Program-made: the position numbers and the translations under genes
Notes under the pieces: model-generated
Database searches by the model: none
Told to the model about the DNA's origin: nothing
Seen by the model: the letters and a program-made list of their open reading frames with translations, nothing else
Source of the DNA: Squalus acanthias
Lineage: Eukaryota
Direction of reading: 5' to 3'
Assembly (NCBI GenBank): GCA_030390025.1
Contig: CM059431.1
Location: 147,438,001-147,502,000 of the forward strand
Length of the DNA: 64,000 bases
Shown: one piece after another, positions 37,180 to 50,424 of the stretch
Numbering within the stretch: the stretch's first letter is position 1
Layout of the letters: every line of letters starts with the position of its first letter

Positions 37180-37216
37180 AGGACGTCAGGAACAGAATGT
37201 GAAACAGCCACTCCAT
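37180..37216 (-). CDS. Candidate leader exon encoding MEWLFHILFLTS, followed by a phase-1 intron
   Basis: AAGATGG Kozak context, hydrophobic peptide and donor CCT|GTGAGT, in unique DNA. Confidence 0.4.
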
Positions 37217-37314
37217 CTTTACTGCAACGCAAGGATTTCGGCAATAAACCAACTTGTCTTCACAATCAGGTACACTCTGCAAGAAATTAGTCGCTCAACT
37301 GAATTATTGTAATC

Positions 37315-37340
37315 CACGTGACAAAGTGAAACCACTTCCT
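37315..37340. promoter_or_regulatory. Adjacent E-box, IRF-like and ETS motifs upstream of the candidate leader exon
   Basis: CACGTG (37315), AAAGTGAAA (37323), CACTTCCT (37333). Confidence 0.35.
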
Positions 37341-37483
37341 CCTCTCTTAAACTTTCCATCTCGCATCTCACACATCTGAATGGTCTGTGGGCAATGAATC
37401 AATGCGCTCTGTCTCATCGTCCTCTCCACTTTAAACAACTTCTCACTGTCAACATGCAAACATACTGAACCTTATTTAGACCG

Positions 37484-38115
37484 CACTTGGAGCACTGTGC
37501 ACAGTTCTGGTCTCCATATCACACTTGGAGCACTGTGCACAGTTCTGGTCTCCATATCACACTTGGGGTACTGTGCACAGTTCTGGTCTCCATATCACAC
37601 TTGGGGTACTGTGCACAGTTCTGGTCTCCATATCACACTTGGAGCACTGTGCACAATTCTGGTCTCCATATCACACTTGGACTATTGTGCACAGTTCTGG
37701 TCTCCATATCACACTTGGAGCACTGTGCACATTTCTGGTCTCCATATCACACTTGGAGTACTGTGCACAGTTCTGGTCTCCATATCACACTAGAGTTTTG
37801 TTTACTGTTCTGGTCTCCATATCACACTTGGAGCACTGTGCAAATTTCTGGTCCCCATATCAAACTTGGAGTATTGTGCACAGTTCTGGTCTCCATATCA
37901 CACTTGGAGCACTGTGCACATTTCTGGTCCCCATATCAAACTTGGAGTATTGTGCACAGTTCTGGTCTCCATATCACACTTGGAGTATTGTGCACAGTTC
38001 TGGTCTCCATATAACACTTGGAGTACTGTGCACAGTTCTGGTCTCCATATCACACTTGGAGTATTGTGCACAGTTCTAGTCTCCATATCAAACTTGGAGC
38101 ACAGTTGTAGTCTCC
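37484..38115 (+). repeat. 38-bp minisatellite derived from CR1 ORF2 (HLEYCAQFWSPY codons)
   Basis: Unit CACTTGGAGCACTGTGCACAGTTCTGGTCTCCATATCA; preceded by CR1-like CTTATTTAGACCG. Confidence 0.92.
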
Positions 38116-39689
38116 AGATTTAAGGTTTTGGGCAAGAGATACAGGGGGGATGTGAGGGAAAAACCTTTTTACGCAGCGAGTGGTGAGGACCTGGAACTCG
38201 CTGCCGACGGAAGTGGTGGAAACGGAGACTCTCAAATGTTTTCAAGGGGAGACTGGATGGGCACTTGAGAGAAATAAACTTGCAGGGCTACGGGGATAGA
38301 GCGGGGGAATGGGACTGACTGGATTGCTCTACAGAGAGCCGGCACAGACTCGATGGGCCGAATGATCTTCTTCTGTGCCGTTATGACTGTATGACATTGT
38401 TTCCTACAAGTTTGTCAGTACAAACACACCCCTCCTTTTAAAAACGGGTAAGGGTTGCATTCGCTGTATCCCATCTAAAACTTGCTTTCAACATTTGCCT
38501 GTTTTTAATCATCGTGTCCGTGCTGGCCGAGAAAGAGCTATCCAGCCTAATCCCACTTTCCAGCTCCTGATCCGTAACCCTGTAGGTTACAGCACTGCAA
38601 GAGCATATCCAAGCACTTTTTAAATGTGGTGAGGGTTTCTGCCTCTAACACCCTTTCAGGCAGTGAGTTCCAGACCCCCACCACCCTCTGGGTGAAGAAA
38701 GTTCTCCTCAACTCCTCTCTAATCCTTCAACCAATTACTTTAAATCTATGCCCCCTGGTTGTTGACCCCTCTGCTAAGGGAAACAGTTCCTTCCTATCCA
38801 CTCTAACCAGCCCCTCATAATTTTATCAATTAAATCTCCCCTCAGCCTCCTCTGTTTCAAAGAAAACAACTCCAGCCTATCCAATCTTTCCTCATAGCTA
38901 AAATTCTCCAGTCCTGGCGACATCCTCGGAAGTCACCTCTGTACCCTCTCTCGTGCGAATACATTATTCCTGTAATGTGGTGACTAGAACTGCACGCAGT
39001 ATTCCAGCTGCGGCCTAACTAGTGTTTTATACAGTTCAAGCATAACTTCCCTGCTCTTATATTCAATGACTCGGCTAATCAAGGAACGTATCCTGTATGC
39101 CTTCTTAACCACCTTCACTACCTGTCCTGCTGCCTCAGGGATCTGTGGACCTGCACTCCAAGGTCCCACTGTTCCTCTACACGTCTCAGTGTCCTACCAT
39201 ATTCCCTTGCCTTGATAGCCCTCCCCAAACACATTACTTCACAATTCTCCGGATTGAATTCAATTTGCCACTGTTCTGCCCACCTGACCAGTCCATTGAT
39301 ATCTTCCTGCAGTCTACAGCTTTCTTCCTCACTATCAACCACACGGTCAATTTTTGTATCATCTGTAAACTTCTTAATCATGGCCCCCTACATTGAAGTC
39401 TAAAACATCGATATATGCCACGAAAAGCAAGGAACCTAGTACTGAGCCCTGCGGAACCCCACTGCAACCAGCCTTCCAGTCACAAAAACACCCGTCGACC
39501 ATTACCCTTTGCTTCCTGCCACTGATCCCATTCTGGCTCCAACTTGCCACTTTCCCTTGAATCCCCTGAACTTTTACTTTTCTGACCAGTTTGCCGTGTG
39601 GGACCTTCTCAAAAGCCTTTCTAAAGTCCATGCAGACTACATCAAACGCGCTACCCTCCTTGTGTCCTCCTCAAAAATCTTTCTTTCAA

Positions 39690-40005
39690 GAATCTGAACG
39701 TTGTCTCAGTGTTGACCTTCTCGAGAAAAGGCACAGGGATCAAGCCGATCCGATGCCCGTCTATTATCTGTCGATCGGCTTCTTTTCTTTATTCCCGAAA
39801 GTTCAGCTCCTGTTATCTATATATCTTTACAATCCAATCATGTGCTCTTTTCCCAGATTAAACAATCTCCACTTTCATTTTCGTTCACTAATTAACAGGA
39901 GTGGCTTTCGCTGAATTTGAATTGTGGTGTGCCCTTTGAATGCAGTCGGATGCTTTGCAAATATATGTAGGGAGATAAAGACTATCTGTGCAAATAATGC
40001 TAGGT
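39690..40005 (-). promoter_or_regulatory. Unique promoter-like segment present four times (also about 46305, 49742 and 56357)
   Basis: ISRE-like ACTTTCATTTTC (39871), CCAAT (39834), TATATA (39818), TTCTCGAGAA (39718). Confidence 0.3.
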
Positions 40006-40372
40006 CAGGTACCACATAATAGAGGAATGAATGAGGTCAGAGAATGCGGCATCAAGGAACAAGTAGCAGATTGGATAGCTAGCTGGCTTCAAGACAGAAA
40101 GCAGAGAGCAGGGGGTAAAGGGTAGCTATTCAGAGTGGCAGAAGGTGGATAGTGGTGTTCCACAAGGATCAGTGTTGGGACAGCTGTTGTTTACGATTTA
40201 TATTAACGATTTAGACTTTGGAACCAAAAACAGAATTTCAAAATTTGCAGACGACAACAAATTGGAGGGTGTCGATAATGAGGAGGACACAATAAATTAC
40301 AAGAAAAAAAAGGAAAGAGATGCATTTATATAGCGCCTTTTCCAACCACCAGACATCTCAAAGCGCTTTACA

Positions 40373-42072
40373 GCCATATCACACTTGGAGTAATGTGCAC
40401 AGTTCTGGTCTCCATATCACACTTGGAGTATGGTGCACAGTTCTGGTCTCCATATCACACTTGGAGTATGGTGCACAGTTCTGGTCTCCATATCACACTT
40501 GGAGCACTGTGCACAGTTCTGGTCTCCATATCGCACTTGGAGCACTGTGCACAGTTCTGGTCTCCATATCACACTTGGAATACTGTGCACAGTTCTGGTC
40601 TCCATAACACACTTGGAGCACTGTGCACAGTTCTGGTCTCCATATCACACTTGGAGCACTGTGCACCGTTCTGGTCTCCATATCACACCTGGTGTACTGT
40701 GCACAGTTCTGTTCTCGAAATCACACTTGGATTTACTCTGCACAGTTCTGATCTACATATCACACTTGAAGTTACTGTGCACAGTTCCGGTCGCCATATC
40801 ACACTTGGAGCAGTGTGCACAGTTCTGGTCTCCATATCACACTTGGAGCACTGTGCACCGTTCTGGTCTCCGTATCACACCTGGTGTACTGTGCACAGTT
40901 CTGTTCTCGAAATCACACTTGGATTTACTCTGCACAGTTCTGATCTACATATCACACTTGAAGTTACTGTGCACAGTTCCGGTCGCCATATCACACTTGG
41001 AGCAGTGTGCACAGTTCTGGTCTCCATATCACACTTGGAGTACTGTGCACAATTCTGGTCTCCATATCACATTTGTAGTAAGTTGCACAATTCTGGTCTC
41101 CATATCACACTTGGAGCACTGTGCATTGTTCTGGTCTCCATATCACACTTGGAGCACTGTGCACAGTTCTGGTCTCCATATCACACTTTTGTACGGTGCA
41201 CTGTTCTGGTCTCCTTATTGCACTTGGGGCACTGTGCGCAGTTCTGGTCTCCATTGGTGTTCTGAGCACAGTTCTGGTCTCCATATCACACTTGGAGAAC
41301 TGTGCACAGTTCTGGTCTCCATTGGAGTACTGAGCACCGTTCTGGTCTCCATATCACACTTGGAGCACTGTGCACCGTTCTGGTCTCCATATCACACTTG
41401 GAGCACTGTGCACAGTTCTGGTCTCCCTATCACACTTGGAGCACTGTGCACAGTTCTGGTCTCCATTGGAGTACTGTGCACCGTTCTGGTCTCCATATCA
41501 CACTTCACGTTACTGTGCACCGTTCTGGTCTCCATATCACACTTGGAGCACTGTACAAACTACTGGTCTCCATATCACACTTGGAGTACTGTGCACAGTC
41601 CTGGTCTCAATATCACACTTGGAGCACTGAACGCATTTCTGCTCTCCATATCACACTTGGTGCACTGTGCACACTTCTGCTCTCCAAATTCACTCGGAGT
41701 ACTGTGCACAGTTCTGGTCCCCATATCACACTTGCAGTACTGTGCACAGTTCTGGTCTCCATATCACACCTGGAGTACTGTGCACAGTTCTGGGCTCCAT
41801 ATCACACCTGGAGTACTGTGCACAGTTCTGTTATCCAAATCACACTTGGATTTACTCTGCACAATTCTGATCTACATATCACACTTGAAGTTACTGTGCA
41901 CAGTTCCGGTCGCCATATCTCACTTGGAGTACTGTGCTCAGTTCTGGTCAGCATATCATATTTGGAGTAAGTTGCACAGTTCTGGTCTCTTTATCACACT
42001 TGGATTAATGTGCACAGTTCTGGTCTCCATATCACACTAGGATCACTCTGCACTGTTCTGGTCTCCATATCA
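40373..42072 (+). repeat. 38-bp minisatellite array
   Basis: Same unit with diverged variants. Confidence 0.92.
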
Positions 42073-42463
42073 CAACACAAGCAGGATCCCATATACTTTA
42101 TTAACCACTTTTTTAACCTGTCCTGCCACTTTCAAAGATTTGTGCACCAACACCCCCAGGTCTCTCTCTTCTTGCACCCCCTTTAATATTGTACCATTTC
42201 GCCTGAATTGTCTCTTCTCATTCTTCCGAGCAAAATGTATCACCTCACGCTTCTCTGTGTTGAATTTCATCTGTCATGTGTCCGCCCATTCCACCAGCTG
42301 AACCTCGGGTCTGGAAGGGCCAAGGTTCCAGCTCAATGTCTAGGCCCAGCTATCTCTCCTGCAGCGAAGGGTACAGATGGATTAGTCATTCAGAGAGATG
42401 CCCACCGTATTCTACACCCATTGCACAACTGGCCTTTGCTACTGGGGTTTCCCACCTCTCTAC

Positions 42464-44175
42464 CAGCCGTGGCTCAGTTGGGTAGCACTCACGCCTCTGA
42501 GTCAGACGGTTGTGGGTTCAAGTCCCACTCCAGAGACTTGAGCACAAAAATCTAGGCTTACACTCCAGTGCAGTACTGAGGGAGCGCTGCACTGCCGGAG
42601 GGGCAGTACTGAGGGAGCGCTGCACTGCCGGAGGGGCAGTACTGAGGGAGCGCTGCACTGTCGGAGGGCTAGTACTGAGGGAGCGCTGCACTGTCGGAGG
42701 GCTAGTACTGAGGGAGCGCTGCACTGTCGGAGGGACAGTACTGAGGGAGCGCTGCACTGTCGGAGGGGCAGTACTGAGGGAGCGCCGCACTGTCGGAGGG
42801 GCAGTACTGAGGGAGCGCTGCACTGTCGGAGGGGCAGTACTGAGGGAGCGCCGCACTGTCGGAGGGGCAGTACTGAGGGAGCGCTGCACTGTCGGAGGGG
42901 CAGTACTGAGGGAGTGCTGCACTGACGGAGGGGCAGTACTGAGGGAGCGCTGCACTGTCGGAGGGGCAGTACTGAGGGAGCGCTGCACTGTCGGAGGGGC
43001 AGTACTGAGGGAGTGCTGCACTGATGGAGGGGCAGTACTGAGGGAGCGCTGCACTGTCGGAGGGGCAGTACTGAGGGAGCGCTGCACTGTTGGAGGGGCA
43101 GTACTGAGGGAGCGCTGCACTATCGGAGGGGCAGTACTGAGGGAGCAGCGCACTGTTGGAGGGGCAGTACTGAGGGAGTGCTGCACTGTCGGAGGGGCAG
43201 TACTGAGGGAGCAGCGCACTGTCGCAGGGCAGTACTGAGGGAAAGCTGCACTGTTGCAGGGCAGGACTGAGGGAGCGCTGCACAGTCGGAGGGGCAGTTC
43301 TGAGGGAACACTGCACTGTTGGAGGATTAGTGCTGAGGGAGAGCTGCACTGTCGGAGGGGCAGTACTGAGGGAGCGCCGCAGTGTTGGAGGGGCAGTACT
43401 GAGGGAGCGCTGCACTGTTGGAGGGGCAGTACTGAGGGAGCGCCGCACTGTCGGAGGGGCAGTACTGAGGGAGGGTTAAACTGTCGTTGGGGCAGTACTG
43501 AGGGCGCGCTGCACTGTAGGAGGGGCAGTACTGAGGAAGCACTGCACTGTCGAAGGGCAGGACTGAGGGTGTGCCACACTGTCAGAGGGGCAGTACTGAG
43601 GAAGCGCTGCACTGTCGTAGGGCAGGACTGAGGAAGCGCCGCACTGTCAGATGGGCAGCACTGAGGGAGCGCCGCACTGTCAGAGGGGCAGTACTGAGGA
43701 AGCGCTGCACTGTTGTAGGGCAGGACTGAAGGTGTGGCGCACTGTCGGACGGGCAGTACTGAGGGTGTGCTGCACTGTCGTAGGGCAGGACTGTGGGTGT
43801 GCTGCACTGTCGTAGGGCAGGACTGTGGGTGTGCTGCACTGTCGGAAGTGCCATCTTTCAGATGAGACGTGAAACTGAGTCCCCATCTGCTCCCTCAGGA
43901 GGACGTTAAAGATCCCATGGTACTATTTGGAAGAAGAGCAGGGGAGTTATCCCCGGTGTCCTGGGGCCAATATTTATCCCTCAACCAACATCACCAGAAC
44001 AGATTCTCTGGTCATTATCACATTGCTGTTTGTGGGAGCTTACTGTGCACAAATTGGCTGCTGCCTTTCCTACAACAGTGACCTCATCTCAAAAAATTTT
44101 CATTGGCTGTGAAGCGCTTTGGGACGTCCTGAGATCGTGAAAGGCACTGTAGAAATGTGAGTCTTTCTTTCTGTC
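42464..44175 (+). mobile_element. SacSINE1/DeuSINE-like SINE with an internal 33-bp repeat expanded to about 39 copies (42571-43845)
   Basis: A box TGGCTCAGTTGG, B box GGTTCAAGTCC, Deu-domain-like AAAGATCCCATGG..AAGAGCAGGGGAGTT..CCCCGGTGTCCTGG, 3' tail AAGCGCTTTGGGACGTCC. Confidence 0.8.
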
Positions 44176-45486
44176 TGCTCGGAAAAGGAAGGCTGCAAAG
44201 TGACCTGATAAGGGCTTTAAGATTATGAAGGGGTTTTAATATCTTCAGCAAAACTGTTCCGATTGTTTTCGATATATATATATTACTCAAACACAAACCT
44301 TAGGAAGGATGTGAAGGCCCTCGAGAGGGTGCAGAGGAGATTTACCAGAATGGTTCCGGGGATGGGGGATCTTAACTACAAGGACAGGTTGGAGAAGCTG
44401 GATTTGTTTTCATTAGAGCAAAGGAGGTTGAGGGGTGATTTGATAGAGATGTACAAGATTATGACGGGTTTGGATAGGCTCGACGGGGAAAGGCTATTCC
44501 CACCAATTGATGGTACAAGGACTAGGGGACACAGATTGAAGGTTTTGGGCAAGAGTTACAGTGGGATGTGAGGGAAAAACCTTTTTACTCAGCGAGTGGT
44601 GAGGACCTGGAACTCGCTGCCGATGGAAGTGGTGGAAGCGGAGACACTCAATGTTTTCAAGGGGAGACTGGATAGGCACTTGAGGGAAATAAACTTGCAG
44701 GGCTACGGGGATAGAGCGGGGGATTAGGACTGACTGGATTGCTCTACAGAGAGCCGGCACGGACTCGATGGGCCGAATGGCCTCCTTCTGTGCCGTTATG
44801 ACTCTATGACATTGTTTCCTACAAGTTTGTCAGTACAAACACACCCCTCCTTTTAAAAACGGGTAAGGGTTGCATTCGCTGTATCCCCTCTAAAACTTGC
44901 TTTCAACATTTGCCTGTTTTTAATCATCGTGTCCGTGTTGGCCAATAAAGAGCTATCCTGCCTAATCCCACTTTCCAGCTCCTGATCCGTAACCCTGTAG
45001 GTTACAGCACTTCAAGAGCATATCCAAGTACTTTTTAAATGTGGTGAGGGTCTCTGCCTCTACCACCTTTTCAGGCAGTGAGTTCCAGACCCCAACCACC
45101 CTCTGGGTGAAGAAAGTTCTCAACTTCCCTCTAATCCTTCGACCAATTACTTTAAATCTATGCCCCCTGGTTATTGACCTCTCTGCTAAGGGAAACAGTT
45201 CCTTCCTATCCACTCTAACCAGCCCCTCATAATTTTATACACCTCAATTAAATCTCCCCTCAGCCTCCTCTGTTCCAAAGAAAACAAACCCCAGCCTATC
45301 CAATCTTTCCTCATAGCTAAAATTCTCCAGTCCGGGCAACATCCTCGTAAGTCACCTCTGTACCCTCTCTCAAGCGAATACATTATTCCTGTAATGTGGT
45401 GACCAGAACTGCATGCAGTATTCTAGCTATGGCCTAACTAGTGTTTTATACAGTTCTGGCATAACTTTCCTGCTCTTATATTCTAT

Positions 45487-45669
45487 AGTGAGAAGTCGCA
45501 CAACACCAGGTTATAGTCCAACAGCTTTATTTGAAATCACTTCACCTGACGAAGCAGCAACGCTCCGAAAGCTTGTGATTTCAAATAAAGCTGTTGGACT
45601 ATAACCTGGTGTTGTGTGACTTCTCACTTTTGTCCACCCCAGTCCAACACCGGCATCTCCGCATCATGG
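45487..45669 (+). ncRNA. Penelope-type inverted pLTR insertion with a minimal hammerhead ribozyme (45542-45578) inside a ~53-bp hairpin
   Basis: 12-bp TSD CTTATATTCTAT; TCAC-CTGACGA-A-GCAGC-AAC-GCTCC-GAA-AGCT-T-GTGA. Confidence 0.78.
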
Positions 45670-47227
45670 CTTATATTCTATGCCTTGGCAAATAAAGGAA
45701 AGTATCCTGTATGCCTTCTTAACCACCTTAACTACCTGTCCTGCTGCCTCAGGGATCTGTGGACCTGCACTCCAAGGTCCCACTGTTCCTCTACACGTCT
45801 CAGTGTCCTACCATATTCCCTTCCCTTGATAGCTCTCCCCAAACGCATTACTTAACACTTCTCCGGATTGAATTCCATTTGCCACTGTTCTGCCCACCTG
45901 ACCAGTCCATTGATATCTTCCTGCAGTCTACAGCTTTCTTCCTCACTATCAACCACATGGCCAATTTTTGTATCATCTGTAAAATTCTGAATCATGGCCC
46001 CCCTACATTGAAGTCTAAAACATCGATATATGCCACGAAAAGCAAGGAACCTAGTACGGAGCCCTGCGGAACCCCACTGCAACCAGCCTTCCAGACACAA
46101 AAACACCCGTCGACCATTACCCTTTGCTTCCTGCCACTGATCCCTTTTTGGATCCAACTTGTCACTTTGCCTTGAATCCCCTGGACTTTTACTTTTCTGA
46201 CCAGTTTGCAGTGTGGGACCTTCTCAAAAGCCTTTCTAAAGTCCATGCAGACTACATCAAACGCGCTACCCTCCTTGTGTCCTCCTCAAAAATCTTTCTT
46301 TCAAGAATCTGAACATTGTCTCAGTGCTGGCCTTCTCGAGAAAAAGCACAGAGATCAAACCAATCCGATGCCCGTCTATTATCTGTCGATCGGCTCCTTT
46401 TCTTTATTCCCGAAAGTTCAGCTCCTGTTATCTATATATATTTACAATCCAATCATGTGCTCTTTTCCCAGATTAAACAATCTCCACTTTCATTTTCGTT
46501 CACTAAGTAACAGGAGTGGCTTTCGCTGAATTTGAATTGTGGTGTGCCCTTTGAACGCAGTCGGATGCTTTGCAAATATATGTCGGGAGATAAAGACTAT
46601 CTATGCAAACAATGCTAGGTGTGGTATTGTAATGGGTAATGAATAAATCCAATAGCGAATTCAGAAGAAACTTATTCACCAAAACAAAAGAAAAATACTG
46701 CGGATGCTGGAATAAAAACAGAAAATGCTGGAAATAGGGAAAGTCAAGCGAAAGTCTTTCTTGACCATCCTCATTTAATCTTTGGAAGCGGAAACAGAGA
46801 GAGAAGACAAGGGCAATGCAGTAGATGTAATTAACCTAGATTTTCAAAAGGCCTTCAGTCAGGTACCACATAATAGAGGAATGAATGAGGTCAGAGAATT
46901 CGGAGTCAAGGGACATGTAGCAGATTCGATAGCTAGCTGGCTTCAAGACAGAAAGCAGAGAGCAGGGGGTAAAGGGTAGCTATTCAGAGTGGCAGAAGGT
47001 GGATAGTGGTGTTCCACAAGGATCAGTGATGAGACAGCTGTTGTTTACGATTTATATTAACGATTTAGACTTTGGAACCAAAAACAGAATTTCGAAATTT
47101 GCGGACGACAACAAATTGGAGGGTGTCGATAATGAGGAGGACACAATAAATTAAAAGAAAGAAAAGGAAAGAGATGCATTTATATAGCGCCTTTTCCAAC
47201 CACCAGACATCTCAAAGCGCTTTACAG

Positions 47228-48173
47228 CCATATAACACTTGGAGTAATGTGCACAGTTCTGGTCTCCATATTACACTTGGAGCACTGTGCACAGTTCTGG
47301 TCTCCATATCACACTTGGAGCACTGTGCACAGTTCTGGTCTCCATATCACACTTGGACTACTGTGCACTGTTCTAGTCTCCATATCACACTTGGAGCACT
47401 GTACACAGTTCTGGTCTCCATATCACACTTGGAGCACTGTGCACAGTTCTGGTCTCCATATCACACTTGGAGTACGGTGCACAGTTCTGGTCTCCATATC
47501 ACACTTGGAGCACTGTGTACAGTTCTGGTCTCCATATCACACTTGAAGTTACTGTGCACAGTTCCGGTCACCATATCACACTTGGAGTACTGTGCACAGT
47601 TCTAGTCACCCTATCACAATTGAAGCACTGTGCACAGTTCTGGTCTCCATATCACACTTGGAGCACTGTGCACAATTCTGGTCTCCATATCACATTTGGA
47701 GTAAGTTGCACAGTTCTGGTCTCAATTTCACACTTGGAGCACTGTGCACAGTTCTGGTCTCCATATAACACTTGGAGCACTGTGCACAGTTCTGGTCTCC
47801 ATATCACACTTGGAGTACTGTGCACAATTCTGGTCTCCATATCACATTTGTAGTAAGTTGCACAGTTCTGGTCTCCATATCACACTTGGAGCACTGTGCA
47901 TTGTTCTTGTCTCCATATCACACTTGGAGTACTGTACACAGTTCTGGTCTCCATATCACACTTGGAGCACTGTGCAGATTTCTGGTCCCCATATCAAACT
48001 TGGAGTATTGTGCACAGTTCTGGTCTCCATATCACACTTGGAGTGTTGTGCACAGTTCTGGTCTCCATATCACACTTGGAGTACTGTGCACAGTTCTGGT
48101 CTCCATATCACACTTGGAGTATTGTGCACAGTTCTAGTCTCCATATCAAACTTGGAGCACAGTTGTAGTCTCC
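47228..48173 (+). repeat. 38-bp minisatellite array containing the duplication junction
   Basis: Left part matches 57280 onward; right part matches 37830-38115. Confidence 0.9.
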
Positions 48174-50424
48174 AGATTTAAGGTTTTGGGCAAGAGATAC
48201 AGGGGGGATGTGAGGGAAAAACCTTTTTACGCAGCGAGTGGTGAGGACCTGGAACTCGCTGCCGACGGAAGTGGTGGAAACGGAGACTCTCAAATGTTTT
48301 CAAGGGGAGACTGGATGGGCACTTGAGAGAAATAAACTTGCAGGGCTACGGGGATAGAGCGGGGGAATGGGACTGACTGGATTGCTCTACAGAGAGCCGG
48401 CACAGACTCGATGGGCCGAATGATCTTCTTCTGTGCCGTTATGACTGTATGACATTGTTTCCTACAAGTTTGTCAGTACAAACACACCCCTCCTTTTAAA
48501 AACGGGTAAGGGTTGCATTCGCTGTATCCCCTCTAAAACTTGCTTTCAACATTTGCCTGTTTTTAATCATCGTGTCCGTGCTGGCCGAGAAAGAGCTATC
48601 CAGCCTAATCCCACTTTCCAGCTCCTGATCCGTAACCCTGTAGGTTACAGCACTGCAAGAGCATATCCAAGTACTTTTTAAATGTGGTGAGGGTTTCTGC
48701 CTCTAACACCCTTTCAGGCAGTGAGTTCCAGACCCCCACCACCCTCTGGGTGAAGAAAGTTCTCCTCAACTCCTCTCTAATCCTTCAACCAATTACTTTA
48801 AATCTATGCCCCCTGGTTGTTGACCCCTCTGCTAAGGGAAACAGTTCCTTCCTATCCACTCTAACCAGCCCCTCATAATTTTATCAATTAAATCTCCCCT
48901 CAGCCTCCTCTGTTTCAAAGAAAACAACTCCAGCCTATCCAATCTTTCCTCATAGCTAAAATTCTCCAGTCCTGGCGACATCCTCGGAAGTCACTTCTGT
49001 ACCCTCTCTCGTGCATTATTCCTGTAATGTGGTGACTAGAACTGCACGCAGTATTCCAGCTGCGGCCTAACTAGTGTTTTATACAGTTCAAGCATAACTT
49101 CCCTGCTCTTATATTCAATGACTCGGCTAATCAAGGAACGTATCCTGTATGCCTTCTTAACCACCTTCACTACCTGTCCTGCTGCCTCAGGGATCTGTAG
49201 ACCTGCACTCCAAGGTCCCACTGTTCCTCTACACCTCTCAGTGTCCTACCATATTCCCTTGCCTTGATAGCCCTCCCCAAACACATTACTTCACAATTCT
49301 CCGGATTGAATTCAATTTGCCACTGTTCTGCCCACCTGACCAGTCCATTGATATCTTCCTGCAGTCTACAGCTTTCTTCCTCACTATCAACCACACGGTC
49401 AATTTTTGTATCATCTGTAAACTTCTTAATCATGGCCCCCTACATTGAAGTCTAAAACATCGATATATGCCACGAAAAGCAAGAAACCTAGTACTGAGCC
49501 CTGCGGAACCCCACAGCAACCAGCCTTCCAGTCACAAAAACACCCGTCGACCATTACCCTTTGCTTCCTGCCAACGATCCCATTCTGGCTCCAACTTGCC
49601 ACTTTCCCTTGAATCCCCTGGACTTTTAATTTTCTGACCAGTTTGCCGTGTGGGACCTTCTCAAAAGCCTTTCTAAAGTCCATGCAGACTACATCAAACG
49701 CGCTACCCTCCTTGTGTCCTCCTCAAAAATCTTTCTTTCAAGAATCTGAACGTTGTCTCAGTGTTGACCTTCTCGAGAAAAGGCACAGGGATCAAGCCGA
49801 TCCGATGCCCGTCTATTATCTGTCGATCGGCTTCTTTTCTTTATTCCCGAAAGTTCAGCTCCTGTTATCTATATATCTTTACAATCCAATCATGTGCTCT
49901 TTTCCCAGATTAAACAATCTCCACTTTCATTTTCGTTCACTAATTAACAGGAGTGGCTTTCGCTGAATTTGAATTGTGGTGTGCCCTTTGAATGCAGTCG
50001 GATGCTTTGCAAATATATGTAGGGAGATAAAGACTATCTGTGCAAATAATGCTAGGTCAGGTACCACATAATAGAGGAATGAATGAGGTCAGAGAATGCG
50101 GCATCAAGGAACAAGTAGCAGATTGGATAGCTCGCTGGCTTCAAGACAGAAAGCAGAGAGCAGGGGGTAAAGGGTAGCTATTCAGAGTGGCAGAAGGTGG
50201 ATAGTGGTGTTCCACAAGGATCAGTGTTGGGACAGCTGTTGTTTACGATTTATATTAACGATTTAGACTTTGGAACCAAAAACAGAATTTCAAAATTTGC
50301 AGACGACAACAAATTGGAGGGTGTCGATAATGAGAAGGACACAATAAATTACAAGAAAAAAAAGGAAAGAGATGCATTTATATAGCGCCTTTTCCAACCA
50401 CCAGACATCTCAAAGCGCTTTACA

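Noticed and set aside
40393..42040. Cys/His-rich 290-536 aa ORFs resembling zinc-finger proteins
   Set aside because: Translation of the 38-bp satellite cycling through three frames; no C2H2 spacing or linker
42464..42535. tRNA gene
   Set aside because: A and B boxes continue into SINE body; no full cloverleaf or T-run terminator
42518..43807. Mucin-like S/T/P-rich ORF
   Set aside because: Reverse translation of the 33-bp SINE-internal repeat
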